From a virus (lineage: Duplodnaviria; Caudoviricetes), in IMG/VR virus record IMGVR_UViG_2588253764_000003: a DNA stretch of 64,000 bases; one strand, 5' to 3'. A model generated the notes under the pieces. The model worked only from the letters and a program-made list of their open reading frames with translations. It had not been told where the DNA came from and did no database searches. Of this stretch, positions 1 through 9,441 are shown in pieces (within the stretch, counting starts at the first letter, position 1; the number at the start of each line of letters is the position of its first letter). Position numbers and translations under genes: made by a program.

Positions 1-48
1 TTTAAAGCACCATTCTAAGAAAAAACAATCATTAAATACAGGTTTTAG

Positions 49-525
49 ATGATTAACACGCTTCTTTGTTTTGATCTAGGCACGAAGACGGGGTGGGCGA
101 TACGTGGAGGGGACGATAGTATCATAAGTGGTACGATGAGTTTCCAACCCCGTCGTTTTGAAGGCGGCGGAATGCGTTATTTACGCTTTAAGCAATGGCT
201 TACAGAAATAAAGCATACAGCCGGTGGCATTGACGCGGTGTATTTTGAAGAGGTGAGGCGTCATGTTGGAACTGATGCAGCGCATGTTTACGGTGGTTTG
301 TTAGCAACATTAACGGCGTGGTGTGAACATCATCAGATACCGTATGAGGGGATACCAGTTAGCACGATTAAGAAAGCGACGACGGGTAAGGGGAATGCGT
401 CGAAAGAAGAGATGATAGAGGCAATGTGTATTAAAGGACACAAGCCATGTGATGATAATGAAGCAGATGCTTTAGCGATTTTACATTTAGTTAAAGAGAG
501 GGAGATCTCAAATGATGTCCAGTAA
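49..525 (+). CDS. Phage RuvC-like crossover junction endodeoxyribonuclease
   Basis: RNase H-fold acidic motifs DLGTKTGWA, FEEV and DDNEADALA; phage replication context. Confidence 0.75.
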   Translation: MINTLLCFDLGTKTGWAIRGGDDSIISGTMSFQPRRFEGGGMRYLRFKQWLTEIKHTAGGIDAVYFEEVRRHVGTDAAHVYGGLLATLTAWCEHHQIPYEGIPVSTIKKATTGKGNASKEEMIEAMCIKGHKPCDDNEADALAILHLVKEREISNDVQ

Positions 526-889
526 TAGTAATAAAGTGTCGTTTGTAAAATTTAGTACAGATCATTTTTTAAAGGATCTTATGGGCTTAAAAGCGACCGA
601 GAAGGCTGTTTATACAACACTTGTGTTGCTAATGAATGATAGGAAAGCGCCTCTTGTAAATAATGCGTCTTATTTATCGAGTTGGTGTGGGTGTTCAATA
701 AGAACGTTTCAAAAGACATTAGAGACTTTAATAAGCACGGATCATATCACGCGTTTAGAGAATGGTCGCTTATGGCATAAGTCACTAGCCTTTGATTTTG
801 AGACAATAGATAAAGCTTCAAAAAACGCTTCGAAAGCAGCTTTAGCAAGGTGGAGTAAGAAAAGAGAGGAGGCAATACATGTCAACTAA
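512..889 (+). CDS. DUF1376/YdaU-like phage replication protein (short paralog)
   Basis: Predicted wHTH region similar to the N-terminus of the next gene (ITRLENGRLW vs IICLEDGRLW; ASKAALARW vs ASKAAHSRW). Confidence 0.65.
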   Translation: MMSSNSNKVSFVKFSTDHFLKDLMGLKATEKAVYTTLVLLMNDRKAPLVNNASYLSSWCGCSIRTFQKTLETLISTDHITRLENGRLWHKSLAFDFETIDKASKNASKAALARWSKKREEAIHVN

Positions 890-1967
890 GTTGCCATGGA
901 CGAGGCTTTTTGCAGACAAGTGGCTACTTGATCTTGCACATTTGCCTTCTTTTGAAGGTTTTATCTATGTGAAGTTGCGATTTCAGATGCTTCGCACTGG
1001 TGAACCGCTTACGAATAATTTTCGAGTGTTATCTTTATTGGCTGGGTGTTCAATTAAAAGATTTCAGAAAGCATTAGATCTTTTATTGGAAACTGGACAT
1101 ATCATTTGTTTAGAAGATGGTCGCTTATGGAATCCAGATGTTGAATTAGAATTAAATGATAGCAAAGAAAAATCAGAAGCGGCATCAAAAGCAGCTCATT
1201 CTAGATGGCATAAAACAAAAGGTAAAAATGACAATAATCATGTAAATGAAACCGCCTATGCGGATTGTATGCAGACCGCATGCGTTTCGCAATGCGACCG
1301 CAATGCCATTAACAATAACATTAACATATATAATAAAAAAAATAAAACTATCGTTTTATCAAAAAAAGAAACTGAATTTGAAGATTTAGAAACAACCGAT
1401 TTGGTTTACGAACCAATCGAGTGTGATGATGTTGATAGCCAATCAGAGCTAATCGAAACGATAGAAACAAACCAACCACCCATTCACGAGCAAGAAAGCG
1501 TTCCTAAGAAAGCAAAACGAGCGAAAGCTAATCGAGAGTGTCGATTGCCTGCTGATTTCGAACCTAATTTGCAATACGCAATCGATCAAGGGTTAACGCA
1601 TGAGGAAGCGTTATTAGAGTTCGAAAGATTTAAACTTCATTGGCAAGATAATCCAAATCGAAATGCTAAAAAAAGTGATTGGCAAAAGGCTTGGTACAAG
1701 TGGATTACACATCCAGAATATGGACTTTTAGCCAAGAAAAAGGAAAAGTTAGAAAGGGAAAAACAATATGCAAAACAACGCATTGAAAAAACAGAACAGC
1801 AGCGTGGATGGAGTTATCGCGTTGCACAGCACATGTCCAATATTAAAAATTCAGACAGTGTGTACAAATTTTTATTCGAGGATGATAACCGAACCACCAT
1901 TCCATTGGAAAACGGGGCAAAAGCCACTGATTGCAGAAGCGGAGAGGGTTACTTCACTAGTCCATGA
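879..1967 (+). CDS. Phage replication initiator, DUF1376/YdaU-like
   Basis: N-terminal DUF1376-like region, internal GCA(A)TGCG repeats, C-terminal RLPADF...FKLHW...KKSDW motif typical of phage initiators. Confidence 0.7.
   Translation: MSTKLPWTRLFADKWLLDLAHLPSFEGFIYVKLRFQMLRTGEPLTNNFRVLSLLAGCSIKRFQKALDLLLETGHIICLEDGRLWNPDVELELNDSKEKSEAASKAAHSRWHKTKGKNDNNHVNETAYADCMQTACVSQCDRNAINNNINIYNKKNKTIVLSKKETEFEDLETTDLVYEPIECDDVDSQSELIETIETNQPPIHEQESVPKKAKRAKANRECRLPADFEPNLQYAIDQGLTHEEALLEFERFKLHWQDNPNRNAKKSDWQKAWYKWITHPEYGLLAKKKEKLEREKQYAKQRIEKTEQQRGWSYRVAQHMSNIKNSDSVYKFLFEDDNRTTIPLENGAKATDCRSGEGYFTSP
1252..1310. repeat. Putative prophage origin iterons inside the initiator gene
   Basis: Clustered direct/inverted TATGCG, GCATGCG and GCAATGCG units followed by an AT-rich tract, as in lambdoid O genes. 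Confidence 0.5.
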
Positions 1968-2379
1968 TGCGTTGCAAAAGCTTGAGAAAAAAGCAACCGA
2001 AGAAGAAATTCAAACAACGTATCTTGTCCTTTCAAACGGACTTAAGAGCCCCATGGGATCAGATGAGAAAGCGACAGCACTTGCGTATCTCTACACTCTT
2101 GAAGGCATAAGCAGCTGGGTATTGCAAGCAGCAACCAAGAACGCTTTGAAAGGCAAAGCAGAGGGTTTAAACGCAACCTTTATGCCATCAACAGCAGATT
2201 TTTATCGCTATTGTGAAAAACTTGAAAGCGATATTCGCTACCAAGCCAATCGCATTCTTAAGAGCCTTGAAAAGCCAGAGATAAATGCAACGGATCAAAA
2301 GCCACCGGTATCATCAGAGCGCATTGAAAAGCTTCAAAGAGAGCTTGAAGAGGTTTTAAAAGGAATTGAAGATGAATAG
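1768..2379 (+). CDS. Phage hypothetical protein (possible helicase loader position)
   Basis: 203-aa ORF directly after the initiator, with FMPSTADF motif; overlaps the upstream ORF so the start is uncertain. Confidence 0.6.
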   Translation: MQNNALKKQNSSVDGVIALHSTCPILKIQTVCTNFYSRMITEPPFHWKTGQKPLIAEAERVTSLVHDALQKLEKKATEEEIQTTYLVLSNGLKSPMGSDEKATALAYLYTLEGISSWVLQAATKNALKGKAEGLNATFMPSTADFYRYCEKLESDIRYQANRILKSLEKPEINATDQKPPVSSERIEKLQRELEEVLKGIEDE

Positions 2380-2542
2380 CAAAATAGTGAAGTTTGGTAT
2401 TCATATTGGATTAGATATGCGTTTAAATCGATAAAAAGGTACTGTACAGAGCGATTTTAAGATTTTATGATAGAAACCACATTGAAATTAAAAACGCTTC
2501 TGTACAGCCCATTTCGAGGTAAATAAATCCATTGGTAAAGTT

Positions 2543-2962
2543 ATGGATTTAAGCAAGGGGATATTAAACCAGATGTTTTTAAAAAAACGTAAACAGCCTA
2601 TTCAAAAGAAATTTGTTGCAACAGCGGTTGGATATGCACCATGGGGATTAGGGGTGGCAGAGTATTTTTACAACTTGTATGAATACGAAGATGGATCAAG
2701 AGAATACGAGGAATTCGATGGTGGGCAGTATCAAGAGATGCCTAACAAAGTTGATTACAGTACCAAAGCGCAAGTGAAAGCATGGATATACGGAGGTGAT
2801 TTACCAAAAAGCGTTTTGAGTTGTGAGGCATTGATAGATGAGGTGAATGCGAAAATTAAAAAACGTACAGTGAAATCAGTGAGAACTTATGATGATATAG
2901 ACAGTGAACTAGAAAAAGCACTTGGCATTCAATTAGGTATTTATCAAAATGAAAAAAAGTGA
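2543..2962 (+). CDS. Phage hypothetical protein
   Basis: 139-aa ORF in prophage orientation. Confidence 0.6.
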   Translation: MDLSKGILNQMFLKKRKQPIQKKFVATAVGYAPWGLGVAEYFYNLYEYEDGSREYEEFDGGQYQEMPNKVDYSTKAQVKAWIYGGDLPKSVLSCEALIDEVNAKIKKRTVKSVRTYDDIDSELEKALGIQLGIYQNEKK

Positions 2963-2981
2963 AAAAAATAAAAAATACGTA

Positions 2982-3010
2982 TTGACTTTAAAGAAAAGGT
3001 CGTTTATTAA
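2982..3010 (+). promoter_or_regulatory. Sigma70-like promoter of the C4-like RNA/rha operon
   Basis: TTGACT-N17-TATTAA just upstream of the first C4 target. Confidence 0.5.
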
Positions 3011-3120
3011 GGTCGGCAAGTGCTGAAAACACTTAACGTTAAGCGGTTAAACCACGTAAGGTTTCTCCCATTTCTTAAAATACTGGCTTTCTTTTATGCT
3101 ATCATTGGCATATAACGATT

Positions 3121-3205
3121 ATGTCGGGTGTAGTCGCACCATACAATACTCTTTATGAGAAAAGTGTGACGACGGACTTAACGCCGTGTTTTCAACGCCC
3201 GGCGC
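3121..3205 (+). ncRNA. C4/CI-like antisense RNA (prophage copy, specificity word CTTAACG)
   Basis: Closing stem TGTCGGGTGT...ACGCCCGGCG. Internal CTTAACG and GTGTTTTCA are complementary to upstream (3024-3043) and downstream (3223-3243) TGAAAAC..CGTTAAG sites. Confidence 0.75.
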
Positions 3206-3255
3206 CCTTATAGGGTGTCAATTGAAAACTTCATTACGTTAAGAAAGAATTTCAA

Positions 3256-3771
3256 ATGAACAATTTAGTAACAATCAATAATGGTATTGCTGTCACAACT
3301 TCTTTTAAAATTGCTGAGGGAGTGGGTAATACGCATAAAACAGTTATACAGTTGGTTCGTAAAAATATTAAAGATTTTGAAGAATTTGGAAGGGTCGCAT
3401 TTGAAATGCTACCCTTTAAAACGAAGGGTGGAAAACAAAAAAGAGAAGTTGCTATTCTTAATGAATCGCAAGCAACTTTACTTATGACATATATGCGCAA
3501 TAATGACACGGTGCGTGCATTTAAAAAGGCGCTTGTCAAAGCTTTCTATGAATTAAAAAGCCAATCAACAGCTCGTGATTTATTTTCTACGGAGCATGAT
3601 TTGTTTTCTTATGAAAGTTTAAAGGCTCCTGAGGGAATTGGTAAAGTTTTGGGAATGATTGCAGCGCGTTTATCGTATGTAAATGATTTACAAAAAGAGC
3701 TTGATCATTACAAATTGGTTACAACAGAAGCCAAGCGTGTTTTAACAAACGCTGTTGCAAAAGCAGCATAA
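3256..3771 (+). CDS. Rha-family phage regulatory protein / antirepressor
   Basis: TTSFKIAE..H KTV..L and LNESQATLLMTY..FKKALVKAF motifs; located behind a C4-like RNA. Confidence 0.8.
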   Translation: MNNLVTINNGIAVTTSFKIAEGVGNTHKTVIQLVRKNIKDFEEFGRVAFEMLPFKTKGGKQKREVAILNESQATLLMTYMRNNDTVRAFKKALVKAFYELKSQSTARDLFSTEHDLFSYESLKAPEGIGKVLGMIAARLSYVNDLQKELDHYKLVTTEAKRVLTNAVAKAA

Positions 3772-3851
3772 AAAAACAGCGGCGGTGCGGGGGCGCCTTC
3801 TTTAAACCTCTTATTAAAAATTTATTCAAATGTTAGATTAGGGAGCTACCT

Positions 3852-4511
3852 ATGACCACTAAAAATGTATCCAAAAAATATGAACTCACAGATGAAAGCA
3901 TAAAAGGCAATGATAAAGAACTTAAAAGGACTATAACGCTTTATCGCATACGTGCTTTAAGAGATTTTGCTGATGTCAAGGCTGGGGATCTCGGGGGCTT
4001 TATCGAAAAGGAAAAAAACTTAAGTCATGATGGCAATTGCTGGGTCTATGATGATGCCATGGTCGCTACAGATTCTGTAGTTTCTGACAATGCGCAAGTG
4101 CGCAATAATGCACGTGTTTTCAGAAGTGCAAAAGTATCTGATAATGCTGTTATTCTGGATAATGCATTGGTTTTTCATAATGCTAGGGTTTTTGAAAATG
4201 CAAAAATTTGTGATAACGCCATGGTCAATGGCACTGTTAGTGGCAATGCTGTTGTTTGTAATAATGCAAAGCTCTTTTTTATCGCTTTTGTTTCTGATAA
4301 TGCACAAATTTATGATGATGCTTGTGTGAATGGTGAGGTTTTTGGCAATGCACGTATTTATGGCAATGCAACGGTTTATAGAAAGCCTCGTACTGATGGG
4401 TGGGTTGATCATACATATGTAAACATTTATGGCAATGCCGTTATTAATGGCAATCAAAAAATTTGTGATGATACTGATGGTAGTGAACAAATTTTAGATA
4501 AAACAGCATAA
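3852..4511 (+). CDS. Hexapeptide-repeat (LbH) phage protein, prophage copy
   Basis: N-terminal KKYELT..LYRIRALRDF..GDLGGFIE..NLSHDGNCWVYD domain followed by V/IxxNAx repeats. Confidence 0.85.
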   Translation: MTTKNVSKKYELTDESIKGNDKELKRTITLYRIRALRDFADVKAGDLGGFIEKEKNLSHDGNCWVYDDAMVATDSVVSDNAQVRNNARVFRSAKVSDNAVILDNALVFHNARVFENAKICDNAMVNGTVSGNAVVCNNAKLFFIAFVSDNAQIYDDACVNGEVFGNARIYGNATVYRKPRTDGWVDHTYVNIYGNAVINGNQKICDDTDGSEQILDKTA

Positions 4512-4544
4512 ATAACGGGGCGGGGGGCTTCTTTATAGCAAAAA

Positions 4545-5105
4545 AGAAAGCCGTGTCCTTTAAAGACGCGGCTTTTGTTTTCACAGGAAATATATACATC
4601 ACACTAAATACATATTACACAAAACGTGTAAAAACACAAGCCTTAATATATAAAAACCGTATCAAAATGAATTGATACGGCTTTTATTTTCAAAACATCT
4701 CATTAGTAAGGAATTTGCTATAAACAAACTAACTAATAAATCACATATTTTGTGTATAAACGCAAGTTTATTTTTTCTCAATTTGCATCTTAAAATAGAT
4801 CATGTTACCATTCATTTGCAACGTTATTATAACGTTGCATGTTAACCGTTCCTTAGGTTAAAAAACTTTTTAAGAATCGCTACAAAACAAAGCCGTGTCA
4901 ATTAATTTGACGCGGTTTTTTTGTGTCTTAACGCTTGTAATTTTCCACATAATATACTACATATTGTATGACCTGAGAAATTGAAAAGTCGTGAAAGCCT
5001 TGTTATGTGTTTACGTAACGGGGCTTTCTTTTATGCTGGGGTTTGGTTTTCTTTATTCCATTTAAATGCATTAAAGCCGTGCCAATTTCTTGACACGGCT
5101 TCTGT
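4545..5105. repeat. Four related AAAGCCGYGTC...GAYRCGGYTTT terminator-like hairpins
   Basis: Copies near 4547-4576, 4653-4686, 4889-4922 and 5073-5102; the same hairpin occurs at about 6947, 24673 and 43441. Confidence 0.6.
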
Positions 5106-5307
5106 TTTACAATGCATGAATGTTGTTTTGTTATTCGAAAGTATACGAACATTCCTTTTATTACACAAAACGTATCAAAATGCAATATCAAAACAGCTTT
5201 TAAAACTTAATCTTTTATGTGAAAATATCTTTTTTATCAATTGAAAACATTGTAAAAACACATAAAGTATGTTATGATCTTTATATCATTTAATGGAACT
5301 TACAAAT

Positions 5308-5574
5308 ATGCTTAATAAAGTGATTTTAATTGGTCATTTAGGTGCAAATCCAGAAAGCAAAACAATGTCATCTGGCGCCGAGGTGGTCAATTTTCGTATA
5401 GCAACATCCGAAAGCTATACAGATAAGGCTACCAATAAGAAAATAGACAAAACAGAATGGCATTCCATTGTGGTGTTTAATCCACATCTTGCAAAAATAG
5501 CGCTTCAATATCTCAATAAAGGCAGATTCGATATAATATCAAAAAATACAATGAAGTCAATAGCTTGTTTGTAA
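5308..5574 (+). pseudogene. ssb: Single-stranded DNA-binding protein, 5' part (interrupted at codon K-G by element 1)
   Basis: MLNKVILIGHLG..TEWHSIVVF..LNKG is the SSB OB-fold N-terminus; sequence after 5525 comes from the element. Confidence 0.92.
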
Positions 5575-6874
5575 TTATTTTATATGAATCCACTTAAGAA
5601 TCCATCTTTTTATGCATGATTCATTTGACTATTTTTTATATAAGATTGCCATGTATGAATAGATCATAAAAAGCAAATCATGATGCAAATATTATAACGC
5701 ATATAAACGTTCAAATGAAATGAAAAGCAGTTATCACTCATAACAGTTTATAAATCTTATGATACGTTTTTATCACAGCACAAATCACATTGTTTAAAAT
5801 TTAGTCGTTTAGAATTGTCGATAACACACGTTTAAAGATTATATCTTATTTTAAAGATTGGATTGTTAATCACATAAAAGAGTAAATTAACGTTCGCCAA
5901 AATTGGCGAGCGCAAAATAGAGAGTTGTTATAACAGCATCGTCATAACACCGAACATTTTAAAGATTGCATAATTGCATAAAGGATTTAAAGACACGATT
6001 GATTTTATAACCACGGTATTTTTTTACCGGGGTAGAAATAAAGGTAATGAAAATCACAATGTTATATCTTATGAAATGAAAAGCCTTTTAATGAATATAG
6101 TGCATAGCTAGTTTTGAAGAACGGAACTGTTCGCTTCCATAAAAAAATGGAGGCGCATAATGCCATAGAAGTAGAATACTATATACCTTAGACATGGTAT
6201 AAAAAACGTTTTAAAAGTTATCGTTTTAAAATATGAAACCAAATGAGATCTCCTCAAATTTGAGGGCATCTATTTTAGACAAAGATAAGCAAGTAAAATT
6301 CAAAACCGTTGTAACATCATAAGGCATAGGATTTACTTAATTTTGCTAGCCAAATAGAGCGATTAATTTGCAAAGAAGCTTTGTTTAAAATACGCTTATT
6401 ATGAAAGCCTTTCTAAATGAATGTTTAAACGTTTGAAACTAATGTTTATAATAATTTTTAAAACCTTCCATTTGATAAAAGCGGTTGTTGATTTATTTTA
6501 TGAGAGCTTGTTTTAAAAACCAGCGTTTGCAAATGTAAAAAGAACGTTTTTATAAGACATTCATTTAAGATGCATTTTCTTTTGATTGAATTGATAAAGC
6601 TACCAAACGTTTTAATATGTTTTGATTTTAGAAAATGCGTTATTTGAAATTCACTCAGCTCGATTTTGAGCTTAGTATATTGAAACGTTTTAAAAGAAGC
6701 ATTGTGATCATGGGCTTTGTTTTAAAAGCCCCCCTCACAAAGGAGGGTGTTATGATTGATACGTTTGAGATTAACAAAAAGCGTTTATAGGCTCTCTCAT
6801 TCAAAAGAGTGATTAAAGATCATACGCATCATTTACATTCCTTTTGATAAGTTTTCATATCTTGAATAGAGCGC

Positions 6875-6982
6875 TTGTAATATAATACGTTTTGTATATA
6901 TGAATTCATTACTCCATTTGGAATGATTCATAAGGGTAGACATTTGAAAGCCGCGTCATATCATTTGGCACGGCTTTCTTTT
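6875..6982 (+). ncRNA. Putative small RNA convergent with the LbH array
   Basis: TTGTAA..TATATG promoter-like sequence, conserved ACTCCAT, then GCCGCGTC..GGCACGGC hairpin plus T-run; homologous in all three elements. Confidence 0.35.
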
Positions 6983-7041
6983 TGAATTCTCTCTTTTATG
7001 ATGGGTTTATAACCATCAAGAAGGCACCCCCATACCTATTT

Positions 7042-7821
7042 CTATTCTGTTTTATCAATAATCTTAACGACATTATCGCTTTGATAAACCTCACAATTTT
7101 TGGGAACTAACTTTGCTTTGCTTTTTGTATTGATTGTTGCATTGCCATAAGCACGCCCCCAGATCGTTGCACAATGTAAGATTTTTGCATTGCCATAGAC
7201 GGAGCCATAAACCTCACAAGAGCCCCCCACGCGCGCATTGCCATAGACCTTGCCATAAATCTTTGCACGACCATTAATCACAGCATAATTATAAATTTTG
7301 GCATGGCTATAAATGCAAGCAGAGCCACAAACCCTAGCATGACCATAGACGCGGGCATAACTAAAAACCGTAGCATCATAAGAAATATGCGCATGGTCAT
7401 AAATATGAGCATCAGCAAGAACGCGGGCAGCACCACTCACATGAGCATTGCCATAAACATTGCCATACACATGAGCACTCCCATAAACACAAGCCTGATC
7501 ATAAATCTTTGCATATTGAGAGATAAAAGCCTTGCTATAGACCTCGGCATTGCCATAAACTAGACCACAGACTTGCGAATAATGCCGTATTTTTGCATCA
7601 TCATAAACACGGGCATGACCATAGATACAAGCATCATCATAGACCCAGCAGTTACCATCATGGGATAGGTTAACTTCCTTTTCGATAAAACCACCTAAAG
7701 CACCCGCTTTTATATCATCAAAATCTCTTAAAGCCCGAATGCGATAAAGGCTTGTAATATTTCGCGTAAGAGCATGTTTGATTTTTTTGATTTCGCTGGT
7801 TAATTCGTATTTTTTGCACAT
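7042..7821 (-). CDS. Hexapeptide-repeat LbH protein (distal type D)
   Basis: Conserved N-domain plus VYGNA repeats; near-identical to 24769-25548 and 43534-44313. Confidence 0.88.
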   Translation of the reverse strand: MCKKYELTSEIKKIKHALTRNITSLYRIRALRDFDDIKAGALGGFIEKEVNLSHDGNCWVYDDACIYGHARVYDDAKIRHYSQVCGLVYGNAEVYSKAFISQYAKIYDQACVYGSAHVYGNVYGNAHVSGAARVLADAHIYDHAHISYDATVFSYARVYGHARVCGSACIYSHAKIYNYAVINGRAKIYGKVYGNARVGGSCEVYGSVYGNAKILHCATIWGRAYGNATINTKSKAKLVPKNCEVYQSDNVVKIIDKTE

Positions 7822-7926
7822 AGGAGTACCCTCACAATCTAATGTGATAAACGTTTTCTAAAATTTGAAATGGAAAATTGGATTGGAAAGCAGGCGCCCC
7901 CACAACGCCCGCCGCTGCTTTATTGA

Positions 7927-8505
7927 TTAAACCCAGACAATTTCTAACTCGCCATAAGGAGAGAGACGTTCAGTATAGGTTTTTATTTTAGTAGAGCCGC
8001 CGACATTTTCACGAATAACAGCAATGCCATGGATATGAGCATTTTCATAAATATGCACGTCATTTGCTATACGCGCGTTTTCATAAACCCTAGCATTGTC
8101 ATAAATATAGGCATTATCATAGATAATAGCCTTGCCATACACATGAGCATTGCCATAAACACGGGAATTATCAGAAACAACAGCATTGCCATAAACATGC
8201 GCATTATCATAAATATAGCCAGCAGCGATAGCATTATCATAAACGCGGGCATGACCATAGATATGACCACAAGCGACAGCCTTGCCAAAAACCCTTGCGT
8301 TTTCATAAACGTGACCATTTTTAAACACAAGAGCATCATCATAAACCCAGCAATTGCCATCATGAGAGAGGTTATCTTCCTTTTCGATAAAGCCCCCCAA
8401 GGCACCAGCTTTAACATAAGAAAAGTCTTTTAATGCTTGGATACGATAAAGGGTATGATTACCAAATACACGCGTTTCATTTGTGAGTGCAAACTTTTTT
8501 TGCAT
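7927..8505 (-). CDS. Hexapeptide-repeat LbH protein (type C)
   Basis: Same family; near-identical to 25662-26240 and 44430-45008. Confidence 0.88.
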   Translation of the reverse strand: MQKKFALTNETRVFGNHTLYRIQALKDFSYVKAGALGGFIEKEDNLSHDGNCWVYDDALVFKNGHVYENARVFGKAVACGHIYGHARVYDNAIAAGYIYDNAHVYGNAVVSDNSRVYGNAHVYGKAIIYDNAYIYDNARVYENARIANDVHIYENAHIHGIAVIRENVGGSTKIKTYTERLSPYGELEIVWV

Positions 8506-8586
8506 AACACTATTCCTTTATAAAGAAGATTAAATTTTAAAATGAAATGTTTAAAGAGGGGCGCCCCCGCCGCGCCCGCACGTTAT

Positions 8587-9360
8587 TTACGCAGCGTCTT
8601 TTCTAGACTGATTATCATCACAAATATCATTCGTAATTTTTTCACGGCTATTAACCACGGCATTACCATAGATTTGTACATCATGATCAATATTGGATTT
8701 ACCATAGACCTTTGCATTTTCATAAATTCTTGCAAAGGACCCCACCCGAGCCGAGCCAGAAACCTTTGCATCATCAAAAATACTTGCAAAACTCTTAATC
8801 CAAGCATTACAAAAGACATGGGCATTGCCATAAATACACGCCCCCCCATAAATGCGTGATTTACCATAAACATGGGAATTCCCATAAACAAAGCCACTCA
8901 CATGAGCATTTTCATATACACGGGCATTATCATAAATATGTGCACTAGGAGAAACATTAGCATTATCACAAACCATGGCATTGCCATAAACTAGACCACA
9001 GATCCTAGCATTGTTACTAATTTTTGCATTGTCATAAATGCTAGCATCATGACCGAATACCCATGCCTTATCACAAACCACAGCATTCCCATAAACTTTA
9101 GCTTCCCTAGCAATAATGGCATCATGATGTATTTTTGCATTTTCAGAAACGACGGCATTGCAAAAAACGGTAGCATTATCGTAAACCCAGCAATTCCCAT
9201 CATGAGAGAGATTGCTTTCATTTTCAATAAAACCACCTAATGCCCCCGCCTTAACATCATCAAAATCTCTTAAAGCACGAATGCGGTGTACAGTAATCCC
9301 TTCAAAAGTATGATTTTCATTAGTCAATTCATATTTTTTAGATACAGTTATAGTGGACAT
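8587..9360 (-). CDS. Hexapeptide-repeat LbH protein
   Basis: Same family; unique to element 1. Confidence 0.88.
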   Translation of the reverse strand: MSTITVSKKYELTNENHTFEGITVHRIRALRDFDDVKAGALGGFIENESNLSHDGNCWVYDNATVFCNAVVSENAKIHHDAIIAREAKVYGNAVVCDKAWVFGHDASIYDNAKISNNARICGLVYGNAMVCDNANVSPSAHIYDNARVYENAHVSGFVYGNSHVYGKSRIYGGACIYGNAHVFCNAWIKSFASIFDDAKVSGSARVGSFARIYENAKVYGKSNIDHDVQIYGNAVVNSREKITNDICDDNQSRKDAA

Positions 9361-9441
9361 AGGTAACTCCCTAAGTTTATATTTGATAAATTTTAGAATG
9401 AGTTGTTTAAAAGGGGCGCCCCCGCCGCGCCCGCGCGTTAT

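Noticed and set aside
3121-3205. tRNA gene (cloverleaf-like fold)
   Set aside because: No T-loop GTTC or D-loop consensus and no CCA end; better explained as a C4-like RNA
4981-5244. Small ORFs 4981-5244 and 5003-5191
   Set aside because: They cross terminator-like hairpins, lack an RBS and show no protein-like features
7893-9434. GC-rich spacer motif as a CRISPR repeat or integron attC site
   Set aside because: Spacing is whole genes (600-850 bp), there are no cas genes, no RYYYAAC/GTTRRRY ends, and the integrases are P4-like rather than IntI-like
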